From Eledone cirrhosa (taxonomy: Eukaryota), in assembly GCA_964016885.1 (NCBI GenBank), contig OZ024752.1, positions 16,182,001 through 16,246,000 on the forward strand: a stretch of 64,000 nt of DNA. The letters are read 5' to 3'. The notes beneath the pieces were generated by a model that had not been told where the DNA came from, did no database searches, and saw only the letters and a list, made by a program, of their open reading frames with translations. This document shows positions 12,424 to 27,400 of the stretch, piece after piece. Numbering within the stretch: position 1 is the stretch's first letter; the number at the start of each line of letters is the position of its first letter. The position numbers and the translations under genes are program-made.

Positions 12424-13269
12424 CAATAAATTCCTTTCGTCGCAACACTGATTCTCTTTTTTCTGTGATATGTGTGTGTGTGTGTGTGTGTTTGTGTGTG
12501 CGTGTGTGTGTGTGTGTTTGTGTGTGTGTACATAAACACACACCAGCGATGTGTCGATCGATAACTATTCACCTCTGAATACTAAGTCGAAATCATTATC
12601 CGTACGTATATATATATATCACCTTTACAATCTTTATGCAATGCCGTTGTAATATATTTGAGGACCTATAAGCTTGGAGTTTAATATCTTATTAACATAT
12701 TCGTTTTGTTCCTTCTACTCTTCAGTGTATTCACTGCTAACTATATTCTTCCACTAACTCAAGCTGTTAGTCATTATAAAAAGAAAACAATATTATTCTC
12801 TGTAAAAAAAGAAACATTATCTATTTCCCTTTTTATTTTATTAGGATTCAGATAAGAATTATTTATAAAGATAATTCTTTAATTATATATCTTCAATGGT
12901 ATTTTCTTTTTGAATGAGATAAAAGTGGGTTTTTTTGTTGTTGTTGTTGTTTTGCTTTTTTTTTTTTTTTTTGTCTTTTGAGTGTTTTTGAGTTCGCCCT
13001 GCCCAAAACAATTTAATTAAAGACAGATAAGAGAGTATATTTTTGCAAGAAATCCACAGCACAATTAACGCCATAACGACCGAACCACTTAAAATACTTT
13101 TATTGCCTACTTTGAAAGGAGAAACATATGGCAGAATCTGACTATTATGTAAATATCTCCTTTCAGATATTATAATTCTAATGGATGAAGGATGGTGAAA
13201 AATAACGTATTGAAGGTGAGAATTAGAAAGTTTATTCAAGTGACATTCTATCATTTTATACCTAGGCTC

Positions 13270-13768
13270 TCGGTCGGTTAAAACGACGAGTGTTGCAGAT
13301 GATGGGATCAACGGAACAGTCTGCTCGTGAAATTAACGTGAAATTGACTGAGCATTTCACAAACAAGCTTACCCCTAACGTAATTCTCAGGATGATTCAG
13401 CATGTTACAGAATGTGACAGGTACAACTCAATTTTGCCCGCTGAGTGACCGGGAGCAGCGTGAAATAGATTGTCTTGCTCAAGGACACAACACACTGTGG
13501 AGAATCGAACTCACGACCTTACAGTTGCGAGCGGAATACCCTAACCACTAAGCCACACACCTTCACTATAATTTTATATAATGGTTTCTTATATAGGCAT
13601 CAGGCCAGCATATTTTGGAGGTTGGGAAAGTGCGTATTTTATCGACACCGTAAGGATGAAAGGCAAAGTTAACCTCGGCGGGATTTGAACTCAGATCATA
13701 AAGGGCCGTAACTCTATGCTGCAAAGCATGGCATCCTACCCTCTACCGATTCTGCCAATCCACCACCT
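13270..13768 (-). mobile_element. Adjacent CORE-like SINE (13270-13562) and Meta-like SINE (13583-13768)
   Basis: Reverse-complement A and B boxes, tcttgctcaaggacacaac CORE motif and Meta core. Confidence 0.8.
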
Positions 13769-13983
13769 TACTATAATTTCATATAATAGCATAAGAAATA
13801 CCGTTTGTAGAGTGATGATAATAAAAACGGGGGTTAATGAAGAAAGAGGCCAACTAAATACATCAGAAATGTTTAAACTTTCTAGATTCTCATTTATAAA
13901 TTAGATAATATATACAGTATATATATTAGTAATACTGTTTATATTTGCCTACCTTTATCGACATATATATAAACACACATACA

Positions 13984-14640
<657 letters not shown>

Positions 14641-14789
14641 GCTGTTCTGGTGATCTCCCCATGAGCACTAAACATCTGTAGAGACCTTAACTTAATATAT
14701 AATGTACAAAATCAAATTAAAATGTCAAATAAACCAGCTTTTTCTATTTTCATCCTGAATTTAACCGATTAATAACTCTAACCAAAGTA

Positions 14790-15135
14790 TGTATGGATGG
14801 ATGGATGGATGCATGGATGGTCCCGTAACTCCTGATAGAGTCGTAGGGGCACCGTGTTGACATATGGTGATTTGGGGACATTTTAAGCTTGGCGGAGCCC
14901 ATCCCTCTCCAGACCTGAGTACAGCAGATTTCTTCCAGAGAAAGATAGAAAGTGAGAGAGAGGAAATGAGAAAGAGATATAGAAGAAGAATAGGCCCCAG
15001 TACTATTCTGGTACCTTTTTTTATCGACCTCGAAAGGATGAAAAGCAAAGTTGACTTTGGTGGGGTTTGAACTCAGAGAGCAGAGAGTCGTAATAAATAC
15101 CATAAAGCATTATATCCGATGCTCTAACGACTCTA
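14790..15135 (-). mobile_element. Meta-like SINE subfamily with an alternative (probably RTE-derived) tail ending in (ATCC)n
   Basis: Meta core at 15005-15075; tail homologous to 18180-18285 (+) and 38525-38700 (-). Confidence 0.7.
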
Positions 15136-16079
15136 CCATTCTATCTGATGTTCTAACGACTCTACCATTCTATCTGATGTTCTAACGACTCTACTATTCT
15201 ATCTGATGTTCTAACGATTACCATTCTATCCGATGTTCTAACGACTTTACAATTCTATCTGATGTTCTAACGACTCTACCATTCTATCCGATGTTCTAAC
15301 GACTCTACCATTCTATCTGATGTTCTAACGACTCTACCATTCTATCCGATGCTCTAACGACTCTACCATTCTATCTGATGTTCTAACGACTCTACCATTC
15401 TATCTGATGTTTTAACGACTACCATTCTATCTGATGTTCTAACGACTCTACCATTCTATCTGATGTTCTAACGACTCTACCATTCTATCTGATGTTCTAA
15501 CGACTCTACCATTCTATCTGATGTTCTAACGACTACCATTCTATCCGATGCTCTAACGACTCTACCATTCTATCTGATGTTCTAACGACTCTACCATTCT
15601 ATCTGATGTTCTAACGACTCTACTATTCTATCTGATGTTTTAACGACTACCATTCTATCTGATGTTCTAACGACTCTACCATTCTATCTGATGTTCTAAC
15701 GACTCTACCATTCTACCTGATGTTCTAACGACTCTGCCATTCTATCTGATGTTCTAACGACTCTACCATTCTATCTGATGTTCTAACGACTACCATTCTA
15801 TCTGATGTTCTAACGACTACCATTCTATCCGATGTTCTAACGACTCTACCATTCTATCTGATGTCCTAACGACTCTACCATTCTATCTGATGTTCTAACG
15901 ACTACCATTCTATCTGATGTTCTAACGACTACCATTCTATCCGATGTTCTAACGACTCTACCATTCTATCTGATGTTCTAACGACTCTACCATTCTATCT
16001 GATGTTCTAACGACTACCATTCTATCCGATGTTCTAACGACTCTACCATTCTATCTGATGTTCTAACGACTCTGCCATT
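15108..16079. repeat. 29-bp minisatellite (CATTCTATCTGATGTTCTAACGACTCTAC), ~33 copies with 27-bp variants
   Basis: Direct reading; contiguous with and derived from the SINE 5' end. Confidence 0.97.
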
Positions 16080-16134
16080 TTATTTAATCGGCTATAGCCT
16101 AAAAAATTACTGACTCTGTGCTTAATTGAATCAT

Positions 16135-16525
16135 GGGTAATGTCAGAAATAATACAAGCGGCCAAAATGGGATTCCCCCGAAGGCTCTTTGAAATAACGT
16201 TACTCGGAGATCAGAGAGTCACTCCAGGAAGAGCCAACTACTTCTCCAAATCGATACATCACAGTTCCGATACAATGGGCATGTGGTTAGAATGCCTCGA
16301 GAATGAATCGCTGGACAGATTTTAAGGGCATAACCAACCAGAGGGAAACTCGGGGGTTGACTCCGAGCAAGATGGTTGGATAAAATCTATGAGCTTGGCT
16401 GGTCTCGCTTGGGTATCCAGCCAAATCAGTTGGAGACAGTTGCTTCTAAAGGACCCACTGGAAGGAGTGTTTGAGGACTCTGCCCCCACAACCCTCTCAG
16501 GAATAACTGGGCGAAAAAGAAAGGA
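16135..16525 (+). mobile_element. RTE-clade LINE 3' fragment
   Basis: Frame reads ..QFRYNGHVVRMPRE..RARWLDKIYELGW.., similar to the RTE C-terminal LRWxGHVxRM..RxRWxD; homologous piece at 19628-19732. Confidence 0.75.
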
Positions 16526-17423
16526 TTTGAGATTTGGTTAAATTGTTCTGCTGCATTTATTCCATTTTTTGTTCAATATGAGTATCCAAGTGAAATTAGT
16601 GTCTTCCAAGGTTTTTCTTTGATGTCAGTTCATTTAGAAATCATTTTCTCCATCCCTCCTTCCCCTTCTGTGTAATTCTACATATTTTTCAATAATATTC
16701 ACTTCAATAAACCTTCAGGAATATTAATAAGTAACACTGAACTACCTTGTTTGTATCTCGCCGACAAGACGATGTCTTCGTGTGACAGGAGTGTAAAATA
16801 ATGGAATTACTAAGGAAAAAAGAGATTAAATTAATAAAGAGGAACAGAAAAAAAGGGGATGGAGCTAATAATTAAGGAATGAGAAAAGGGCAAGAGGAAG
16901 GGAGGGAACTCTAAACTTGTGTGTAGGTGGTATGTCTCAGCTGCGTAAATAATGGTTTCTGATTTAGGCATTTAGGCATAAAGGCCAACAAAATGTTTTG
17001 AAAGAAGAAGAAGAAGAAGAAGAAGAAGAAGAAGAAGAAGAAGAAGAAGATATTAACTCTTACAAGAGTAGGAGTATGTTTTACCTTAAGTACTGAACGC
17101 CGAATATCAGAGTTACACTAATGAAGTTTCAGTTTTAATTAAATTTGGTAAGACTCTCCACCTCCTATTGCTCATTTGTTATGTTTTGTTCTTGAGCAAG
17201 ACACTTTATTTTACGTTACTCTAGTTTTCTCAGACTCAGCTATAAAAATCAGTTTCGACATCACTGGTGCCAAGCTGTATCGGTCTTCGCCTTTTCCTTG
17301 GACAACATCGGTGGAGTGGAGAGAGGAGACGGGCATGTTCGGGTGACTGCTTGTCTTCCACAAACACACTTTGCCTCGGAGGGGGAATTTCTAGGTGCAA
17401 ATCACATGATCAATATATGTAGA

Positions 17424-17613
17424 TAATTGTTTCTACGTTAGGCACAAGGCCAGCAAATACCCAGTGTATTACTGGTACTTTATTTTATCGACCCCGTAAG
17501 GATGAAAAGCAAAGTTAACCTCGGCGGGATTTGAACTCAGAATGGCAAGGGCCGTAACTCTATGCGCCAAGGCATGGCATCCGAAACTCTACCAATACTG
17601 CCAATCCACCGCC
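17424..17613 (-). mobile_element. Full-length Meta-like SINE with 16-bp TSD
   Basis: TSD aatatatgtagataat at 17412-17427 and 17616-17631. Confidence 0.92.
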
Positions 17614-17909
17614 TGAATATATGTAGATAATATCGTGATAACATGTGTGACATCCTCGATGTTTATTCCGCACAGTCTGCATCTATTATCACATCTAGAT
17701 GTCTGGCCTGAATTCTTATCTCTCTTATGCAGCAGATATTTCGTTGTTATTTTCTGTTCTTGGATTGCAAAAGCATATCCTTCAAAGTCAGAGCTAATAT
17801 ACCGGTCTTTGGTCCAACATAGATTACTTTTCTTGTCTATATTACACTCATACCAGTCTAGTACTGGAGTCGATTCTTCTTCGATATCTCTTTCTCACTT
17901 CCACTCACA

Positions 17910-17947
<38 letters not shown>

Positions 17948-18089
17948 CACTCACACACACACACACACACACACACTGCCACTCACACTCACACACGCAC
18001 ACACACACACACACGCACACACACACTGCCACTCACACACACACACACACACACATACCGCCACTCACACACACACACACATACTGCCA

Positions 18090-18184
<95 letters not shown>

Positions 18185-19003
18185 TGTTCAGACCTGGAGA
18201 GGAGTTGGGCTCTGGCAGGCTTAATATGCCCAAGAAACGCCGTATGCCACAACGGTGCCCTCACGACTCCATAAGAAGATACGGGAAAAAGGAAAGAACA
18301 ACAAGAGTACATTGTGAGCCCGAGATTGTAGACTTTCTCTTCTTGGTACTACGTTTAGTAATAAACCACATCAAAAGAACATTCCACAGAAATTTCATTT
18401 CGAAATGTAGACAAACAAGAAAAATAAAATTAAAATAATAACATTATTAAAAAATACCAAACAGTTAAGAATTTAAAATAAAAGCAATTAATTATATCAA
18501 AACGCAATTCATCTGAAGCGTTGAGACTCCACACTTGACGACAAGGCTAAATTTCATCGTATAATAAGCTCTAAACCTGTATTTCTCTATTAATTACTTC
18601 CTGAAAATCAATTAATTGTCATGCCAATAGGTCCTACTTAACAAACTATAAACAATGCCCAATATCAGTAATTAAAGGATTATTCTCACAGTTAGAAGTG
18701 GAAATTTCTATTGAGTAAAGAACAAGAAAAAGTTGTATTACTTTTAGCGATGCTGTTAGTCAAGATAAAATCATAGGAATTATCATGGAATTATGTTGCT
18801 CTTGAATGCAAAGAGAAGCAAAGTTAATTGCAATATTTCTGTTTTACTTTTTATGTTGTAAATTGTTAAAAATTGCATTACTACAACACAATTTCCAGAT
18901 AGGAAATTGTTTTTTCTCAGTGGTGGTTGTTTACATTAACTAATTTTAGAAACTTTTTGCAGCTATACTTACTACTCAGACCAGAACAATTGCGTTCTAA
19001 AAA

Positions 19004-19156
19004 TAATTGTTTCTACTATTGGCACAATGCCAGCAATTACCCAGTACATCATTGGTACTTTATTTTATCGACCCCGTAAGGATGAAAGGCAAAATTAACC
19101 TCGGCGGGATTTGAACTCAGAATGGAAAGGGCCGTAACTATATGCGTCAAAGCATC
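19004..19156 (-). mobile_element. Meta-like SINE, truncated
   Basis: Tail, core and B box. Confidence 0.85.
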
Positions 19157-21435
19157 TAACAATAATGTTTCTACAAACTACATAAAAAGGGAATTAAATG
19201 TGTGTTTAAAACAAAAGTATTGGGCCTCTACTATATCACAAGCAAAAGATGTAATAGTCGATAGTAAAAATTCTAAGATTTATGTTATAAAGAATTTAAA
19301 ACCGATTAAATTACAGACCAGAAAAAATGTTTGAGAAAAGTTGCTGTCGTTATCTGATCTTCAGTATTAGTCAAGGAATCGATCAATATATGATATCAGG
19401 CGTAATGTACCAGAAATAAAATACCTGACCCCAGCAGTTAAGTGATAGGAACTTTTGGCTCACTACGCCTTGATTTCACGTCGTAACAAAGTCCAATTTA
19501 CCTCCTGTCTCCCTTGAGGGAAGTGAAATATGTACCCCGCTAATCGATACTGCTGCTTTATTTCAATGTTCTTACTATGTTATCAATGTTACTGCAAATA
19601 CATTACATGAAAATAATTTGTTTCAATAGGTTGGATAACATCCCTGAGTTTGGCTGGTGACCCTTGCGGTTCCGGCCGGATCAGTTGGGGACCGTTGCTT
19701 CTGACAGGACCCACTGGAAGGAGTGTTTGAGGGATAAATAAATAGACAGGGGAGTAAGGAGTAATAGTGGGAGTGATGGACGGAAAGAGAGGAGAGAGAT
19801 GAGGGGGAGAGAGAGGAGGGGAGAAATGAGGGGAGAGAGAGGAGGGGCGAGAAAAGAGAGGGAAGAGATACAGATGGGGAGAAAGAGGAGGCGAGAGAGA
19901 AACAGCGAGTGGCTTCTATGAAACGTTACTAATACAATCACTGATAAATGGTGATGACTTTCATCTTAATATTGCTACTGTTAATCATTTATTATTCAGC
20001 GTTTCATTGCCTCCTACTGTGTTACATGGAATAGAAAATTTCACACAGGAAAATATTGCTGGTGATTAATTCTGATTTAGAAGTATTAACTAAATAACAA
20101 CTGTAACTTCCTAAAAGAACAATGATTAGTATTTAAGTCTTTATCTTGATATGCTTTGAATTAATATAAATGCAATATAAAATTTAGATATTCACTGTAG
20201 CCGATATGTCTAGCCTTTCAGTTCTAATATAATAAATGTCCATTACTTTGTTTTAAATCACGTTTTCTCCCCTGGTGTTGATATCGTTGAAAGCTTTCTT
20301 CTAACTACATTTTAGCAGTATTCCCAAACATCACATTTTCCTTTAATTTTACTTTCAGCTTCCATTTTACACTTTCTTCTTTTCATCTGAACTTTACAAA
20401 TTATATATATATATCTATCGAAATAGATTACTTTCTTGGTCACAGCATCGAATTATCTTTATAATCTATCTGAAACGGGGTAATTTTCTGTAGAATTAAT
20501 GTTCTGATATTGCTACTTTAGTTGGGATTGATATATCTTCTATTGGGATTTCTAAAGTAACACCACGTCTACGTATATTAAGAGTTAACACGTACTTTTA
20601 AGTAGTGAATTGTTGGTTTTCTTTCTTCAGACCGCTGCAATGTCGTTAGTAGCAAAACTAAGACTTTTAACTGAGAAACACCTAACAACGAGTTCTCCGA
20701 CCCACAACAACCGCTTATATCTTTGTACACATAAAAATGACTGATACGATTCTGTCAGCCATCGATTCAACCGTGGACTACTACAAATAAACAACATCTA
20801 AAATCGATAACCAGTCTCAATCTACTTAAGGCAATAAAAGAACAATCCATTTCCAATTTATTTTTCCAGGTTGTTTTATTTTGTTGCTTTCTGTGTTTGT
20901 GAATTTTTGTTTGTTTTTTGGATTTTGCAAGAGTTTGTTTTGAGTTTTTTTCCTTGGATTCAGTCATGTTTTACAAATATACGAAACTTTATTTTGAAAT
21001 CATAAAATAACTTTCAATTTAGAATTTATAGAATATTTCCTACTGGAATGGTAAAGTGTGCCCAGCCTACCCATCAATGCGATATTGTTTATGAAATGCA
21101 AATAAATATACACAATTCCCAGCTTAAGACACAACTACCTAAGTTTGTATTTTGTATATTTGATAAAGTATTTATCATTCTTAGGATTTTCGCTGTGCAA
21201 AATAGTTCTTTGAGATTATTACGTTATCTGTAGCTTATGTGTTTCTTTCATGTTCCGAAAAAAATATGGAAAAAGATGAAACAAAAATAATCTATTTCAA
21301 ATCCCGTGTTAGACGGAACATATTAACGTTTAGCGAGGATTTTATTTTGGTACGAGTGAGTCACATTTTTTTTATTTTGAAAGGAAATCAAATCTGCTTC
21401 GAATCATATTAATCATTTCAATAACGATAGTAATT

Positions 21436-24400
21436 GTTATAGAGCCGCATAGCTGGTACAGACTACAATTATATATCACATAGGTTATAAGCCGTATAGC
21501 TGGTACACACTACAGTTATATATCACATAGGTTATAGAGCCGTATAGCTGGTACACACTACAGTTATATATCACATAGGTTATAGAGCCGTATAGCTGGT
21601 AGAGACTACAGTTATATATCACATAGGTTATAGAGCCGTATAGCTGGTACAGACTATAGTTATATATCACATAGGTTATAGAGCCGTATAGCTGGTACAG
21701 ACTATAGTTATATATCACATAGGTTATAAGCCGTATAGCTGGTACAGACTATAGTTATATATCACATAGGTTATAGAGCCGTATAGCTGGTACAGACTAT
21801 AGTTATATATCACATAGGTTATAGAGCCGTATAGCTGGTACACACTACAGTTATATATCACATAGGTTATAAGCCGTATAGCTGGTACACACTACAGTTA
21901 TATATCACATAGGTTATAAGCCGTATAGCTGGTACAGACTACAGTTATATATCACATAGGTTATAGAGCCGTATAGTTGGTATACACTACAGTTATATAT
22001 CACATAGGTTATAGAGCCGTATAGCTGGTAGAGACTACAGTTATATATCACATAGGTTATAGAGCCGTATAGGTGGTAGAGACTACAGTTATATATCACA
22101 TAGGTTATAGAACCGTATAGCTGGTAGAGACTATAATTATATATCACATAGGTTATAGAGCCGTATAGCTGGTACACACTACAGTTATATATCACATAGG
22201 CTATAGAGCCGTATAGCTGGTACAGACTACAGTTATATATCACATAGGTTATAGAGCCGTATAGCTGGTACACACTACAGTTATATATCACATAGGATAT
22301 AGAGCCGTATAGCTGGTACAGACTATAGTTATATATCACATAGATTATAGAGCCGTATAGCTGGTACAGACTAGTGTTATATATCACATAGGTTATAGAG
22401 CCTTATAGCTGGTACAGACTATAGTTATATATCACATAGGTTATAGAGCCGTATAGCTGGTACAGACTACAGTTATATATCACATAGGTTATAGAGCCGT
22501 ATAGCTGGTACAGACTATAGTTATATATCACATAGGTTATAGAGCCGTATAGCTGGTACAGACTACAGTTATATATCACATAGGTTATAGAGCCGTATAG
22601 CTGGTACACACTACAGTTATATATCACATAGGTTATAGAGCCGTATAGCTGGTACAGACTATATTTATATATCACATAGGTTATAGAGCCGTATAGCTGG
22701 TAGAGACTACAGTTATATATCACATAGGTTATAGAACCGTATAGCTGGTACAGACTATAGTTATATATCACATAGGTTATAGAGCCGTATAGCTGGTACA
22801 CACTACAGTTATATATCACATAGGCTATAGAGCCGTATAGCTGGTACACACTACAGTTATATATCACATAGGTTATAGAGCCGTATAGCTGGTACACACT
22901 ACAGTTATATATCACATAGGTTATAGAGCCGTATAGCTGGTACAGACTATAGTTATATATCACATAGGTTATAGAGCCGTATAGCTGGTACAGACTAGTG
23001 TTATATATCACATAGGTTATAGAGCCTTATAGCTGGTACCGACTATAGTTATATATCACATAGGTTATAGAGCCGTATAGCTGGTACAGACTACAGTTAT
23101 ATATCACATAGGTTATAGAGCCGTATAGCTGGTACAGACTATAGTTATATATCACATAGGTTATAGAGCCGTATAGCTGGTACAGACTATAGTTATATAT
23201 CACATAGGTTATAGAGCCGTATAGCTGGTACACACTACAGTTATATATCACATAGGTTATAGAACCGTATAGCTGGTACAGACTATAGTTAAATATCACA
23301 TAGGTTATAGAGCCGTATAGCTGGTACAGACTATAGTTATATATCACATAGGTTATAGAGCCGTATAGCTGGTACACACTACAGTTATATATCACATAGG
23401 TTATAGAACCGTATAGCTGGTACAGACTATAGTTATATATCACATAGGTTATAGAGCCGTATAGCTGGTAGAGACTACAGTTATATATCACATAGGTTAT
23501 AGAGCCGTATAGCTGGTACAGACTATAGTTATATATCACATAGGTTATAGAGCCGTATAGCTGGTACAGACTATAGTTATATATCACATAGGTTATAGAG
23601 CCGTATAGCTGGTACAGACTTCAGTTATATATCACATAGGTTATAAGCCGTATAACTGGTACAGACTATAGTTATATATCACATAGGTTATAAGCCGTAT
23701 AGCTGGTAGAGACTACAGTTATATATCACATAGGATATAGAGCCGTATAGCTGGTACACACTACAGTTATATATCACATAGGTTATAAGCCGTATAGCTG
23801 GTACAGACTACAGTTATATATCACATAGGTTATAAGCCGTATAGCTGGTAGAGACTACAGTTATATATCACATAGGATATAGAGCCGTATAGCTGGTACA
23901 GACTACAGTTATATATCACATAGGTTATAAGCCGTATGGCTGGTACAGACTACAGTTATATATCACATAGGTTATAAGCCGTATAGCTGGTACAGACTAG
24001 TGTTATATATCACATAGGTTATAGAGCCGTATAGCTGGTACAGACTACAGTTATATATCACATAGGTTATAGAGCCGTATAGCTGGTACAGACTATAGTT
24101 ATATATCACATAGGTTATAGAGCCGTATAGCTGGTACAGACTACAGTTATATATCACATAGGTTATAGAGCCGTATAGCTGGTACACACTACAGTTATAT
24201 ATCACATAGGTTATAAGCCGTATAGCTGGAACAGACTACAGTTATATATCGCATAGGTTATAAGCCGTATAGCTGGTACAGACTACAGTTATATATCACA
24301 TAGGTTATAGAGCCTTATAGCTGGTACAGACTATAGTTATATATCACATAGGTTATAAGCCGTATAGCTGGTACAGACTATAGTTATATATCACATCGGT

Positions 24401-27400
24401 TATAGAGCCGTATAGCTGGTACAGACTACAGTTATATATCACATAGGTTATAAGCCGTATAGCTGGTACAGACTATAGTTATATATCACATAGGTTATAG
24501 AGCCGTATAGCTGGTACACACTACAGTTATATATCACATAGGTTATAGAGCCGTATAGCTGGTACAGACTACAGTTATATATCACATAGGTTATAGAGCC
24601 GTATAGCTGGTACACACTACAGTTATATATCACATAGGTTATAGAGCCGTGTAGCTGGTAGAGACTACAGTTATATATCACATAGGTTATAGAGCCGTAT
24701 AGCTGGTACAGACTACAGTTATATATCACATAGTTTATAGAGCCGTATAGCTGGTACAGACTATAGTTATATATCACATAGATTATAGAGCCGTATAGCT
24801 GGTACAGACTAGTGTTATATATCACATAGGTTATAGAGCCTTATAGCTGGTACAGACTATAGTTATATATCACATAGGTTATAGAGCCGTATAGCTGGTA
24901 CAGACTACAGTTATATATCACATAGGTTATAGAGCCGTATAGCTGGTACAGACTATAGTTATATATCACATAGGTTATAGAGCCGTATAGCTGGTACAGA
25001 CTACAGTTATATATCACATAGGTTATAGAGCCGTATAGCTGGTACATACTACAGTTATATATCACATAGGTTATAGAGCCGTATAGCTGGTACAGACTAT
25101 AGTTATATATCACATAGGTTATAGAGCCGTATAGCTGGTAGAGACTACAGTTATATATCACATAGGTTATAGAACCGTATAGCTGGTACAGACTATAGTT
25201 ATATATCACATAGGTTATAGAGCCGTATAGCTGGTACACACTACAGTTATATATCACATAGGCTATAGAGCCGTATAGCTGGTACAGACTACAGTTATAT
25301 ATCACATAGGTTATAGCGCCGTATAGCTGGTACACACTACAGTTATATATCACATAGGTTATAGAGCCGTATAGCTGGTACAGACTATAGTTATATATCA
25401 CATAGGTTATAGAGCCGTATAGATGGTACAGACTAGTGTTATATATCACATAGGTTATAGAGCCTTATAGCTGGTACAGACTATAGTTATATATCACATA
25501 GGTTATAGAGCCGTATAGCTGGTACAGACTACAGTTATATATCACATAGGTTATAGAGCCGTATAGCTGGTACAGACTATAGTTATATATCACATAGGTT
25601 ATAAGCCGTATAGCTGGTACAGACTATAGTTATATATCACATAGGTTATAGAGCCGTATAGCTGGTACACACTACAGTTATATATCACATAGGTTATAAG
25701 CCGTATAGCTGGTACACACTACAGTTATATATCACATAGGTTATAAGCCGTATAGCTGGTACAGACTATAGTTATATATCACATAGGTTATAGAGCCGTA
25801 TAGCTGGTACACACTACAGTTATATATCACATAGGTTATAAGCCGTATAGCTGGTACACACTACAGTTATATATCACATAGGTTATAAGCCGTATAGCTG
25901 GTACAGACTACAGTTATATATCACATACGTTATAGAGCCGTATAGCTGGTACACACTACAGTTATATACACATAGGTTATAGAGCCGTATAGCTGGTACA
26001 GACTACAGTTATATATCACATAGGTTATAGAGCCGTATAGTTGGTACACACTACAGTTATATATCACATAGGTTATAGAGCCGTATAGCTGGTAGAGACT
26101 ACAGTTATATATCACATAGGTTATAGAGCCGTATAGCTGGTAGAGACTACAGTTATATATCACATAGGTTATAGAACCGTATAGCTGGTACAGACTATAA
26201 TTATATATCACATAGGTTATAGAGCCGTATAGCTGGTACACACTACAGTTATATATCACATAGGCTATAGAGCCTTATAGCTGGTACAGACTACAGTTAT
26301 ATATCACATAGGTTATAGAGCCGTATAGCTGGTATAGACTACAGTTATATATCACATAGGTTATAGAACCGCATAGCTGGTACAGACTATAGTTATATAT
26401 CACATAGGTTATAGAGCCGTATAGCTGGTACACACTACAGTTATATATCACATAGGCTATAGAGCCGTATAGCTGGTACAGACTACAGTTATATATCACA
26501 TAGGTTATAGAGCCGTATTACTGGTACACACTACAGTTTTATATCACATAGGTTATAGAGCCGTATAGCTGGTACAGACTATAGTTATATATCACATAGA
26601 TTATAGAGCCGTATAGCTGGTACAGACTAGTGTTATATATCACATAGGTTATAGAGCCTTATAGCTGGTACAGACTATAGTTATATATCACATAGGTTAT
26701 AGAGCCGTATAGCTGGTACAGACTACAGTTATATATCACATAGGTTATAGAGCCGTATAGCTGGTACAGACTATATTTATATATCACATAGGTTATAGAG
26801 CCGTATAGCTGGTACAGACTACAGTTATATATCACATAGGTTATAGAGCCGTATAGCTGGTACACACTACAGTTATATATCACATAGGTTATAGAGCCGT
26901 ATAGCTGGTACAGACTATAGTTATATATCACATAGGTTATAGAGCCGTATAGCTGGTAGAGACTACAGTTATATATATCATAGGTTATAGAGCCGTATAG
27001 CTGGTACAGACTACAGTTATATATCACATAGGTTATAGAGCCGTATAGCTGGTACAGACTATAGTTATATATCACATAGGTTATAGAGCCGTATAGCTGG
27101 TACAGACTACAGTTATATATCACATAGGTTATAAGCCGTATAGCTGGTACACACTACAGTTATATATCACATAGGTTATAGAGCCGTATAGCTGGTACAC
27201 ACTACAGTTATATATCACATAGGTTATAGAGCCGTATAGCTGGTACAGACTACAGTTATATATCACATAGGTTATAGAGCCGTATAGCTGGTACACACTA
27301 CAGTTATATATCACATAGGTTATAGAGCCGTATAGCTGGTAGAGACTACAGTTATATATCACATAGGTTATAGAGCCGTATAGCTGGTACAGACTACAGT

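Noticed and set aside
15108-16079. CRISPR-sized 29-bp repeat; CTGATG resembling a hammerhead or C/D box
   Set aside because: Head-to-tail with no spacers; CTGATGT lacks the A9 and GAAA boxes; explained by SINE origin
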